The notes under the pieces were generated by a model. That model was not told the origin of the DNA. It ran no database searches and saw nothing but the letters and a program-made list of their open reading frames with translations. Below are positions 35,893 through 44,449 of a stretch of 64,000 bases of DNA, one piece after another. The DNA is from an uncultured Lachnospiraceae bacterium. GTDB taxonomy: Bacteria; Bacillota; Clostridia; Lachnospirales; Lachnospiraceae. Every line of letters starts with the position of its first letter. The first letter of the stretch is position 1. The stretch lies in contig CAJTLU010000013.1 in NCBI GenBank assembly GCA_910577175.1, positions 4,171 to 68,170 on the forward strand, given 5' to 3'. Made by a program: the position numbers and the translations under genes.

Positions 35893-36854
35893 TAGAAGCC
35901 AATCTTTCTGCAAGTTTGCTGGTATTAGGAATACTGCTTCTGCGGAAGCTGCTCGGAACAAGACTGAGCCGGAACTGTATTTACGCGGTCTGGCTTTTTG
36001 TGCCGCTCCGGCTGTTTCTTTTTTCTGTTTTTAATATCAGGAATCCCTTGTTTCGGAAGGGGGTGCTTGGAAGTGTTGTCACCGGGCTTTCTTTTGTAGG
36101 AGGAACGGAGCTTCCGGTGCGGCAACGGACGTTGACGGCAGGCTATATTGCGGATAAGCTGTGGCTTGTCGGGTTTTTTCTGCTTGCGGCGTATTATGCG
36201 GTGCTTGTCGTCATGCTGCTGTGGAAAGTAAAAAGAGCTTCCGTGCCCGCTCCGGAGAGCAGGGAGGGGCTCCGGGTCAGAATCGTAAGAAATAGAAATA
36301 CTGCCTTTCTATTTGGAAATACGATATATTGTTCGGAAAAAATCTATCAGAATCCGGAATGGATGCGGTATGTGACGCTGCATGAGGAAGAGCATGCAAA
36401 GCAGGCAGACCAGCTTTGGGGACTGCTCAGGATTATGTTACTGTGCAGCTTTTGGTATAATCCCTTTGTCTGGGTAGCCTGTTATGTTTCGAAGCAGGAC
36501 TGCGAGCTTGCCTGCGATGAGCGGGTGGTAAAAAGGCTGTCAGGTGGGGAGCGCAGAGCATACGGGAAAGCTCTGTTGGAAATTGCAACAGACCGGGAGT
36601 TTGCATTTGGTGCCCCGGGGCTTGGACAGGAAATTTCCGGCGGCAGTCTGAAAGCAAGAATTTTTCATTTATATGGAGAGAGAAAGAAGAGCAGAAAAGC
36701 GGTACTTGCCGTAGTTCTTTTTCTGGCGGTTCTCACCTGTATTACGATAGGAACCGGGCAGGTTACGCCGGCAGCCGGACAATGGAAATCGGCACGGCAG
36801 ATGAAAGAAAAAATAACAGGGTCATCAGACTATTACATTACCAAATATAATTAA
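35889..36854 (+). CDS. BlaR1/M56-family membrane metalloprotease (signal transducer)
   Basis: ATGA overlap with the repressor gene. N-terminal TM helices. HEEEH zinc motif (HExxH). Confidence 0.8.
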   Translation: MIEANLSASLLVLGILLLRKLLGTRLSRNCIYAVWLFVPLRLFLFSVFNIRNPLFRKGVLGSVVTGLSFVGGTELPVRQRTLTAGYIADKLWLVGFFLLAAYYAVLVVMLLWKVKRASVPAPESREGLRVRIVRNRNTAFLFGNTIYCSEKIYQNPEWMRYVTLHEEEHAKQADQLWGLLRIMLLCSFWYNPFVWVACYVSKQDCELACDERVVKRLSGGERRAYGKALLEIATDREFAFGAPGLGQEISGGSLKARIFHLYGERKKSRKAVLAVVLFLAVLTCITIGTGQVTPAAGQWKSARQMKEKITGSSDYYITKYN

Positions 36855-36941
36855 GACAGCATGGAAGCATTGTAACGACATAGAAAAATCTGCGTTTTTA
36901 ACGCTATTGCAAGAAACATTATAGTTCAGGAGGAAACCATA

Positions 36942-37937
36942 ATGCAGAACACAAAGAAGCCATATGTTAATCCGTTTATTTTGGAGAGAGCGGACCCCTA
37001 TGTAATAAAGGGACCGGATGGATATTACTATTTTACGGCGTCGTATCCGATGAAGGCGGAGAACGACCCGGAAGGGTATGACAGAGTCATTCTGCGCCGT
37101 GCAAAGAGCCTGGAGGAGTTAGCGGCGGCAGAGGAAGTGACAATTTGGAAGGCGGGGACGGCAACCTTAAGCCACCGCTTTATCTGGGCGCCGGAGCTGC
37201 ATTGGATTGGCAGTAAGTGGTATGTGTTTTACGCGGGCAGCTGTGATACGGAGAACCGTTGGGCGTTTGACTGCCATGTGTTGCAATGTGATTCTGATGA
37301 CCCATATACAGGGACATGGACGGAGCGGGGAAAGTTTCAGAAGCGGTCTGACGATGCGTTTTCATTTACCGGCTTCTCCCTGGATATGACTTATTTTGAG
37401 ACGGCTGGAAGGTCATATGTAATCTGGGCGCAGCACAACGAAGAAAAGATATCCTGTCTGTATCTCGGCGAAGTGACAAAAGAGGAGCCTTGGAAGTTAA
37501 TTTCCCTGCCGATGCTGCTCACAAAGCCGGAATATGAATGGGAAAAGGTGCGCTATGCGGTCAATGAAGGACCTGCGGTGCTGCAGCATAACGGACGGAT
37601 TTTTGTCTGCTTTTCCGCTTCTGGTACAGGGCCTGAGTATTGTGTGGGCGCGTTGGAGGCAAAAGAGGGAAGTAATCTGCTCGAAAAGGGTTCCTGGAAA
37701 AAGTATGAGAAACCGCTGCTTACTTCGGAGGATTTAATGGACGAATATGGTCCGGGGCATAACTCCTTTACAAAGGATGAAAACGGAAACGATGTATTTG
37801 TGTACCATGCCCGGAGCCGGGAGTGCTTTGAGGGAAAATGCGGCTATAAGGGGAACGACCCGTTGTATGACCCATGCCGTCACGCAAGGCTGCATACCGT
37901 ATCATGGGACGAAACGGGAATGCCGGTCTTACGATAG
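36942..37937 (+). CDS. Glycoside hydrolase family 43 (arabinofuranosidase/xylosidase type)
   Basis: ADPYVIKGPDGYYYFTAS and WAPELHWIGSKWYVFYAG blocks. No signal peptide. Confidence 0.85.
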   Translation: MQNTKKPYVNPFILERADPYVIKGPDGYYYFTASYPMKAENDPEGYDRVILRRAKSLEELAAAEEVTIWKAGTATLSHRFIWAPELHWIGSKWYVFYAGSCDTENRWAFDCHVLQCDSDDPYTGTWTERGKFQKRSDDAFSFTGFSLDMTYFETAGRSYVIWAQHNEEKISCLYLGEVTKEEPWKLISLPMLLTKPEYEWEKVRYAVNEGPAVLQHNGRIFVCFSASGTGPEYCVGALEAKEGSNLLEKGSWKKYEKPLLTSEDLMDEYGPGHNSFTKDENGNDVFVYHARSRECFEGKCGYKGNDPLYDPCRHARLHTVSWDETGMPVLR

Positions 37938-37944
37938 GCGCTCT

Positions 37945-38313
37945 TTAGCTGCGTACAAAATCGAGATAGCGCGTACCCTGAAAGGTAAGCCGCCCGTAAT
38001 CTCCTTCTGCAAGCATACCGTACTCGGAGCCGCTTACATGCAGTTCCATACGGTCACCGCTTTCGACCTCGAAGGTCACATAATAGCTGGTACTGGTACT
38101 GTGGGAGACTGCCATGTTTGCATTATGATGATGGTGATGGCTGACATTGGTACGTTTTGCAACAACAGATGCGTTTACGGTAAGCCGCGGGGAGTGGTTG
38201 TTTTTGTTCCACTGGCGTATACCCTGGAAAAGCATTACAAAAAAGGCACCAAGAATCAGAAAAAATATCAGGAAAAACATGATTTCAAATCCACTGTTAG
38301 AAAGAAGTCCCAT
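37945..38313 (-). CDS. DUF2500-like small membrane protein
   Basis: One N-terminal TM, then RLTVNASVVAKR...YYVTFEVESGDRMELHVSGSEYGMLAEGDYGRLTFQGTRYLDF. Start moved to ATG 38313 (SD aaggagg). Confidence 0.65.
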   Translation of the reverse strand: MGLLSNSGFEIMFFLIFFLILGAFFVMLFQGIRQWNKNNHSPRLTVNASVVAKRTNVSHHHHHNANMAVSHSTSTSYYVTFEVESGDRMELHVSGSEYGMLAEGDYGRLTFQGTRYLDFVRS

Positions 38314-38556
38314 GCCATCCGCCTCCTTAGTCCGGGAAAGTGTCGGCTGAAAGCCTGTATATGGTTTTATTATAGCAGGAAAGCGCGACGGGGGCAAGGA
38401 GTTCTTATAATTTGAGTATTCGCACTTTTTTCGTCATTTTTAGAAGTTGCAAACACAGAATACAACTCGCGGTTGAGCAAGAACTACGCTCAACCGTTGT
38501 TTGCTTTTTCGAAAAAATTCTGTTATCGTAAAAGTATCAAAAAGGAGGTGCATGAG

Positions 38557-39492
38557 ATGAGTTTGGATTTGTTTCAGGAAAGGCTTGCCAACGCCAGAAG
38601 AGAGAAGGGAATGACACAGACGGAGCTGGCAGGAAAGCTTGGCGTAACGGCGCAGGCAGTATCGAAGTGGGAGAGAGGAGGCGCATATCCGGACATTGAG
38701 CTACTGGATGGAATTTCAAGTGTATTGGATTGTTCGCTGGATTATTTGTTCCAGTATGAGCAGGGAGCAAAGTCTTCCGGAAAGCAGGACAGTCTGGTGC
38801 GGCGCGCAGAACTGGAGACACTGATGTTAAAGGACAGTATTGCAATTCTGTTCGGCTACGGTCTGGTGGATTTATTTCTGGAGGAGGGAAAAAATAAATA
38901 TGCTATCCTCCATGAGATGCGCAAGGAGATAGCAGGAAAGTATGGCTTCTGTGTTCCGACAGTGCGCCTGATGGACCAGGCGCTGTGCAAGCCGCAGGAG
39001 TATAAAATTTTGTTTTACGGCAAAGAGGTTGCAAACGGCACAGTAGAGCCGACAAAACGTTTTGTAGTGAACGGAAAGGCAGAAGATGAGGAGGATATTG
39101 CAGTAACTGGACCGGTATGGAATCTCTCCGGCGTCTGGACAGACAAAACGGAGGAAGGCTGCAGCCCGATGCGTTTTATTATGATACATTTAGAGCAATG
39201 TATTATGGAGCATCTGCCGTTGGTTTTTAATTGTCAGATGGCAGCGGACATGGTAGAAAATGTAGGGAAAAAGTACCCGAAGGTGGTGGAAGGCGTTGTT
39301 CCGGAACGGGTTTCCTATTCTTTTTTAAAGCGGGTACTGTTAATCCTTCTTTGCGAAAAGAAGTATGCGGTGAATCATATGGTACGGATTATCGAAGTGC
39401 TGGATGAGATAGTAGACGAGCATCCGACGCCAGAAGAAGCAGCCGGGCGTGTTGCGGCTGCTTTAGGAGAAAGCTATCGTTATGACCGGTAA
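38557..39492 (+). CDS. XRE-HTH fused to a FlhA/FHIPEP-type cytoplasmic (C-terminal) domain, no TM region
   Basis: HTH MTQTELAGKLGVTAQAVSKWE. The C-terminal 230 aa are collinear with FlhA-C (FGYGLVDLF; YGFCVPTVRLMDQALCKPQEYKILFYGKEVANGTV; YPKVVEGVVPERVSYSFLKRVL). SD aaaaaggagg. Confidence 0.7.
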   Translation: MSLDLFQERLANARREKGMTQTELAGKLGVTAQAVSKWERGGAYPDIELLDGISSVLDCSLDYLFQYEQGAKSSGKQDSLVRRAELETLMLKDSIAILFGYGLVDLFLEEGKNKYAILHEMRKEIAGKYGFCVPTVRLMDQALCKPQEYKILFYGKEVANGTVEPTKRFVVNGKAEDEEDIAVTGPVWNLSGVWTDKTEEGCSPMRFIMIHLEQCIMEHLPLVFNCQMAADMVENVGKKYPKVVEGVVPERVSYSFLKRVLLILLCEKKYAVNHMVRIIEVLDEIVDEHPTPEEAAGRVAAALGESYRYDR

Positions 39493-39565
39493 TCAGAATA
39501 CGCACAAAGAATACGGGGCCGCTGCCCTTTGAGCAGCAGCCCCTTTTTACAAGCGTCTCTGGTAT

Positions 39566-40633
39566 TTAATCCCAGATTCCGGCATAATGCGCAATCAACA
39601 ATGCCCGGAACGTGACATCGCATTGTTTGCGGATTTTTGCCCGCCAGTCGGTTTCTAACTGCGCGCCACCGTACGGCCCCCATCCTTTGAACTCGCCGTC
39701 ATACATTTCAACAGAGCAGATTCCGTCCGGATTGATATTGTCAAGTACAAAGTCGACTTCCTCCCTAAGCTCCGGCAAATAAGGATATAAGCCGCAGCGC
39801 GACAGCCATTCGACCTTTTCCAGATTGGTCCGGCGTACTTCGTCGGTTGTATGATGATTCAGGCTGTCCCCGGAGACAGAATAGCCCTCATTTAACAGCC
39901 AGCAGGGACCTACGGCATGATTGCCTACCCAGCATGCGACAGGAGTATTTATGATATCCTCCCGGTCTGTCCGCAGCAGTCTTTGAAAGGATTCGGCAAG
40001 CATAGCGGTATTTTTCTCATTTTTCCATTTCTCTGTCGTAAATGTCAGTATTTCGAGATGATATCTGCATGGCCACCGCTCGTTTTGGTGAAACAGCCGG
40101 CCGTTTTTTACGGGACGGGAGACATCCTGTATCGAATCGACCTGTGTCACTCGTTCGAAGGATTCCAGGGAAAGCCTGATTTGCGGTGAGATGTCGATGA
40201 TATCGTCATAATGGGCTCTTGCAATACAGGCGCATCGGATGATATTCTGACCCTGTGCCGGAATTTCAAATTCGCTCCAGTATTGCCCTCTGGTTCCATA
40301 AATCCAATCGGTTAATGGCGTAGTAACGTAAGCATCCATGGCACGGTCCAAGAGCGCGGTTCCTTTCAGACCCTTTTCGCCCATGTATTTTGTCGCAGTT
40401 TCCTGATTGTCATACTGACCGGCATTTTTGTTGCCTCCATGAAAGCCCAGACCGATCCAGCCGTTTTCCTGTTGCTTTTCTCCGATAAACCGGAGAAGTT
40501 TTTCCTCCAGTATCTGCTCCTGTAATGCTTTTTCTTCCTGCGCTGTAATAGTTTGCAGGATTTCTTTTTTTACCCGCAGCTGAATCGATGGATTTGCATG
40601 GGTCAATAAGAAATCAATCATCTTTTGCTTCAT
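39566..40633 (-). CDS. Hypothetical cytoplasmic protein (355 aa), unrecognised family
   Basis: Clean ORF inside the CAZyme cluster. No signal peptide and no motif I can name. Confidence 0.6.
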   Translation of the reverse strand: MKQKMIDFLLTHANPSIQLRVKKEILQTITAQEEKALQEQILEEKLLRFIGEKQQENGWIGLGFHGGNKNAGQYDNQETATKYMGEKGLKGTALLDRAMDAYVTTPLTDWIYGTRGQYWSEFEIPAQGQNIIRCACIARAHYDDIIDISPQIRLSLESFERVTQVDSIQDVSRPVKNGRLFHQNERWPCRYHLEILTFTTEKWKNEKNTAMLAESFQRLLRTDREDIINTPVACWVGNHAVGPCWLLNEGYSVSGDSLNHHTTDEVRRTNLEKVEWLSRCGLYPYLPELREEVDFVLDNINPDGICSVEMYDGEFKGWGPYGGAQLETDWRAKIRKQCDVTFRALLIAHYAGIWD

Positions 40634-40687
40634 ACTGCGTATTCCTTTCTTTTAAAGACAGTAATCATAAAAATATTAAAATTATGT

Positions 40688-40730
40688 ACACCGCCGCTTA
40701 TGGGCAATACCATGGCGGCGGTGTTTTTTG
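40688..40730. terminator. Hairpin terminator between the esterase and the downstream gene
   Basis: 10-bp perfect stem acaccgccgc/gcggcggtgt followed by tttttt. Confidence 0.65.
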
Positions 40731-40754
40731 CCGGGAAAGGGCAGAGGAGGATTA

Positions 40755-41552
40755 TTACTTGAAAATCTGCTTCGCAAAGTGATAGAGTCCGTTTTTCCAG
40801 ACAGTAAAGTCGTGACCGCCTGGCATCGTGTAGTAAAGATGCTCGATGCCGTTCTTTGTCAGGGTCTCCTCATAATAGGCGGCAATCCTGTGTACGATGT
40901 CATCCTGCTCTCCATTGCAAATCATAATGAGGTACGGAACCGGAGCCCCTCCCGGAATCGTAAACTCCTCTTCTGAAAACTGTCCCGGATAGTTCAGGGC
41001 AGGCGTAGGAAGCAGTCCCGGAGCCGGGCTGAAGGCGCCGATATAGCCGAACGTATCCGGCAGGGTGAAGCCGATGAAAAGAGACTCTCTGCCGCCCATG
41101 GAAAGTCCGGCGATAGCAGTGTTTTCACGTCCGGTTTTTATAGAATAGTGCGCTTTGATATACGGCATTAAATCGTTCGTCAGGTCGTTGATGAAATTAT
41201 CAAAAGCAGCGATGTTTTCCGGGGAAATAACCTCTGCCGGAATACTGTCATCTGCCGCCGCGCGTGCATTCGGAATGACAACAATCATTTCCTTTGCCTC
41301 TCCGGCAGCAGCGAGGTTGCCGATGACGTCGGCAGGTTCGCCGTAAAGCCATTCCTTGTGGTCGCCGCCGATGCCATGCAGAAGGTAAAGCACAGGATAG
41401 GTTTTTTCCGGCGTATAGTCCGGCGGCAGTATCAGGGTAAAAAGCCGGTCTGTCCCGGTAGTTTTGGAAGGATAGGTAACAGTAGTTACATTCCAAGGGG
41501 TGAGAGACGGATTTTTCTTATCGAATCCGTCCGGGGTATGGTAATCAAACAT
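40755..41552 (-). CDS. Alpha/beta-hydrolase esterase (CE1 'putative esterase' type, feruloyl/acetyl-xylan esterase-like)
   Basis: YPVLYLLHGIGGDHKEW; nucleophile elbow GLSMGG. Confidence 0.8.
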   Translation of the reverse strand: MFDYHTPDGFDKKNPSLTPWNVTTVTYPSKTTGTDRLFTLILPPDYTPEKTYPVLYLLHGIGGDHKEWLYGEPADVIGNLAAAGEAKEMIVVIPNARAAADDSIPAEVISPENIAAFDNFINDLTNDLMPYIKAHYSIKTGRENTAIAGLSMGGRESLFIGFTLPDTFGYIGAFSPAPGLLPTPALNYPGQFSEEEFTIPGGAPVPYLIMICNGEQDDIVHRIAAYYEETLTKNGIEHLYYTMPGGHDFTVWKNGLYHFAKQIFK

Positions 41553-41828
41553 AGCAAAATACCTCCTTTACATTTTACGAATTAGAAAGCTAACGAGCTT
41601 ATAAATTAACGATACCGCAAGACAGGGGAATTGTCAAGGAATCTTTTCACTCTTAAATTTTTGTATTTTTAGTAGGTTCATAAAGTCCCGGAGGCGGTAC
41701 AGTTTCCGGAACTTTACAGAATTCCTCAAAAAAGTCAAGAAAAGCGGGTTGGTCTGGTGTATACTAAGCTTATAGCACGATGGAAGAAACCATAGTAACT
41801 ATAGTAACTATGAGAAAGGAAGTCCGGA

Positions 41829-43313
41829 ATGAGTTATTCAGTACCAACGCATGCTGTTATCGCTTATATTGAAGCGCATCTGAAGGAAGAAAAGATAGAC
41901 CATGAGGCATTGGAGAGAAGTGTCGGATTTTCATATGCCCATATACGGGATTTTTTCCGCAGGAATACCGGTGATTCTCTTGCACACTATGTGCGGGCGA
42001 GGAAAATCTGTGCCTCTGCGTTTGAACTGCTTCATTCGGAGAAAACAGTCCTTGAGGTAGCGCTGCAGTACGGCTTTTCCAGCCATGAAAGCTATACGCG
42101 TGCATTTAAGGCGATTACAGGCAGTACGCCGTATGCCTTTCGTAAGGCAAGGCCTCTGATGGGGAAGAAAGAGCTGACGACAGGTGTGTATGGAATCCGG
42201 TTCCTGGAGCAAAAAGAGCGAAGAAGCGATGTAACGATGAAAACGAAAAAGGAAAAGTATAAGGACAATGACAGTACGGTTTTGTACGGTGTTCCGGAGG
42301 TTGCATGGGGGACTTACGGCGGCAATACGCCATATCCGATGTGCTTAAAGGCGTGTGCGGATTATCTGGGAGAGGATATGGAGTATGCTTTTTTCATGGT
42401 ATCCTGCGGCGCTGCGTTCCGTTTTACATGGAATGAAGAGGAATGGGATTTAGGAAATGTCGATGTTTACCATACCTTCCGGGAGTCGGATGATGTTTAT
42501 CGGCTTGGCGTGGAGGCATTGGGACGTGAGTTTGACATGCTGGGAAGAAACAAGGAAACGACAAAGGAGGAATTTATCCGGTTTATCCGGAAGCATGTGG
42601 ATGAGGGTTATCCTTGTATCGCACTGGGGATTATCGGGCCGCCGGAGGCCTGCATTATTACGGGTTACCGGGATAACGGGGACACTCTGCTTGGCTGGAA
42701 CCTATTCCAAAAGGACCAGATGGTTGCAGAAGGAGTTCAGACAGATGCCAGCGGATATTTCATCAGCAGGAACTGGTGGGAAAATACGGATACCCATGCC
42801 GTCATGTGTATGGGAGCGATTGCAGGAGAAAGGCTTTCCGTAAAGGATATTGTGAAGAATGCCGTTCTGGCAATGTCCGGAAGAAAGGAAGGAAATTATT
42901 GTAAGGGAATCAAAGCGTTTGATGCCTGGAAGAAGATGCTTTCGGAGGAGAGTTGGTTTCGTGTCGGGGAAAACGATTCCGTATTATCCGGAAAAATGCT
43001 TTGCCAGAACGATGCGATGTGCTGTCTGTCTGACGGGAGCGGCTCTGCGGCGGCGTATTTCGGAGGACTGGCGGAGCAGGAGGCATTGACGGGAGTAAAA
43101 GAAACAGCCGTAAAGTACCGGGAGTTGGCAGCGCTTTTTTCCGGGGTAAAGAAGGTAACAGGCAGAATGAAGGAGCTGTTCGGTGACTACTATGATATGG
43201 ACGGCAGACTTTCTAAACTGGCAGATAGCGGTGTACGGGAAAAAGCATGTAGCTATATAGAAGAAATAAAACGACAGGAGGAAAAAGCACTTCGCTTAAT
43301 GGAAGAACTTTAG
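41829..43313 (+). CDS. AraC-family HTH regulator with a ~370-aa C-terminal domain of unrecognised family
   Basis: N-terminal HTH_AraC (VALQYGFSSHESYTRAFKAITG). Remainder not assignable by eye. Confidence 0.75.
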   Translation: MSYSVPTHAVIAYIEAHLKEEKIDHEALERSVGFSYAHIRDFFRRNTGDSLAHYVRARKICASAFELLHSEKTVLEVALQYGFSSHESYTRAFKAITGSTPYAFRKARPLMGKKELTTGVYGIRFLEQKERRSDVTMKTKKEKYKDNDSTVLYGVPEVAWGTYGGNTPYPMCLKACADYLGEDMEYAFFMVSCGAAFRFTWNEEEWDLGNVDVYHTFRESDDVYRLGVEALGREFDMLGRNKETTKEEFIRFIRKHVDEGYPCIALGIIGPPEACIITGYRDNGDTLLGWNLFQKDQMVAEGVQTDASGYFISRNWWENTDTHAVMCMGAIAGERLSVKDIVKNAVLAMSGRKEGNYCKGIKAFDAWKKMLSEESWFRVGENDSVLSGKMLCQNDAMCCLSDGSGSAAAYFGGLAEQEALTGVKETAVKYRELAALFSGVKKVTGRMKELFGDYYDMDGRLSKLADSGVREKACSYIEEIKRQEEKALRLMEEL

Positions 43314-43333
43314 GGAGAAGGAATTGCCTTTTA

Positions 43334-43413
43334 GTACCGTTTAGGCGTAAGGACGCACCTGAGCGGCCAGGCGGTACTTAGAGGAAGTCTGGCGGAGCAT
43401 TGCGTGTGCAAAA
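43334..43413. repeat. Stem-loop plus 36-nt conserved box, copy 2
   Basis: gtaccg...cggtac stem followed by ttagaggaagtctggcggagcattgcgtgtgcaaaa. 30/36 identical to 9621-9656. Confidence 0.6.
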
Positions 43414-43826
43414 ATAAGGCAGATTTTCTTGCCTTCTTCACATTTTAGCGATATACGGTATTTAATAAAAACGGGACACCCGGTTCTTTTATCATTTTAT
43501 CTTTTGGTGGAATCCCACCGCAAAATTCCAAAATTACTTGACGTCAGAGAAAAAAGCAGTTATGCTGGGAATAAGAGGCTGAATGAAGAAAAAAACCATA
43601 TTGCCAAAGAGGAATTGTACGGACATCTGGGGAAAGAGACCTGTTATGACTTGCTGGAGGTTGTAATGGTCTGCCTTGGGAAAGAAGAGGATAAATGAAG
43701 TGTATCAGGATGTAACACGCGAGGGGGGGTTAAAGTATTATTAGCGGGCATAAAGATGGGGCGGGGTCCGCTCCGGGAATGTTCCGGATCCGCTTGATTA
43801 TACCGGAGCAAGAGCCTAGAAACAGC

Positions 43827-43854
43827 TTGACAGAGGGAGGAAACCGGGTATAAT
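43827..43854 (+). promoter_or_regulatory. Promoter of the MarR gene
   Basis: TTGACA-16 nt-TATAAT. Confidence 0.6.
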
Positions 43855-43963
43855 TGATAGTAGTTAAGATTGTTCAGAACTATAGCAGAACAGCTGTGTT
43901 ACCGGAAATTTATGGAATATGGGGATTATCAGAAGATAAGGAGCCCTGCGCATAGGAGGAACC

Positions 43964-44383
43964 ATGGGAAAACAATTACATATGGCTTTAATGGAGACAT
44001 CAGCGGCACATGGGAAAAGTACCTGGATGGAATTTCGGAGGCTGGATTTGTCTCCGGGGCAGCCAAAGGTTTTGTCATGGCTTCGCTCGCGGGAAGGCTG
44101 TCTGCAGAAGGAGCTGGCGGAATTTTGTCATGTCGAGCCTGCAACGATGGCAGTGCTGCTGGCTAATATGGAGAAAAAGGGCTTAATCCGGAAGGAGACG
44201 ACGCATGTTTCCGGGGGCAAGCGGGCGTACCGGGTCTATCTGACGGAAACCGGACGACAGCTTGCGGAAAAGGTAGGGGAGATTGTGCAGGAGGTAGAAG
44301 AGAGAAGCTATCAGGGGTTTACAAAAGAGGAAAGAAAGCAGCTGATAGCGTTATTGGAGCGTATTACAGAAAATCTGAAGTAA
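43964..44383 (+). CDS. MarR-family transcriptional regulator
   Basis: LSPGQPKVLSWL...QKELAEFCHVEPATMAVLLANMEKKGLI winged helix. Confidence 0.85.
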   Translation: MGKQLHMALMETSAAHGKSTWMEFRRLDLSPGQPKVLSWLRSREGCLQKELAEFCHVEPATMAVLLANMEKKGLIRKETTHVSGGKRAYRVYLTETGRQLAEKVGEIVQEVEERSYQGFTKEERKQLIALLERITENLK

Positions 44384-44449
44384 AGCGTTAGGGTTGATTT
44401 CTGAAATACAGCTTTATAGGAAATCTGTAAAGAGAGAAGGAGTAATGCA

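Noticed and set aside
37747-38415. 222-aa plus-strand ORF.
   Set aside because: It overlaps the GH43 3' end in another frame and is antisense to the DUF2500-like gene, which has an SD and a recognisable domain.
43429-43698. 89-aa ORF, and a 27-codon ORF (MKKKTILPKRNCTDIWGKRPVMTCWRL) behind a TTGACG-17 nt-TATGCT promoter-like sequence.
   Set aside because: There is no convincing SD, no recognisable family, and I cannot assess conservation. It could be a small peptide or sRNA locus, but the evidence is too weak to call.
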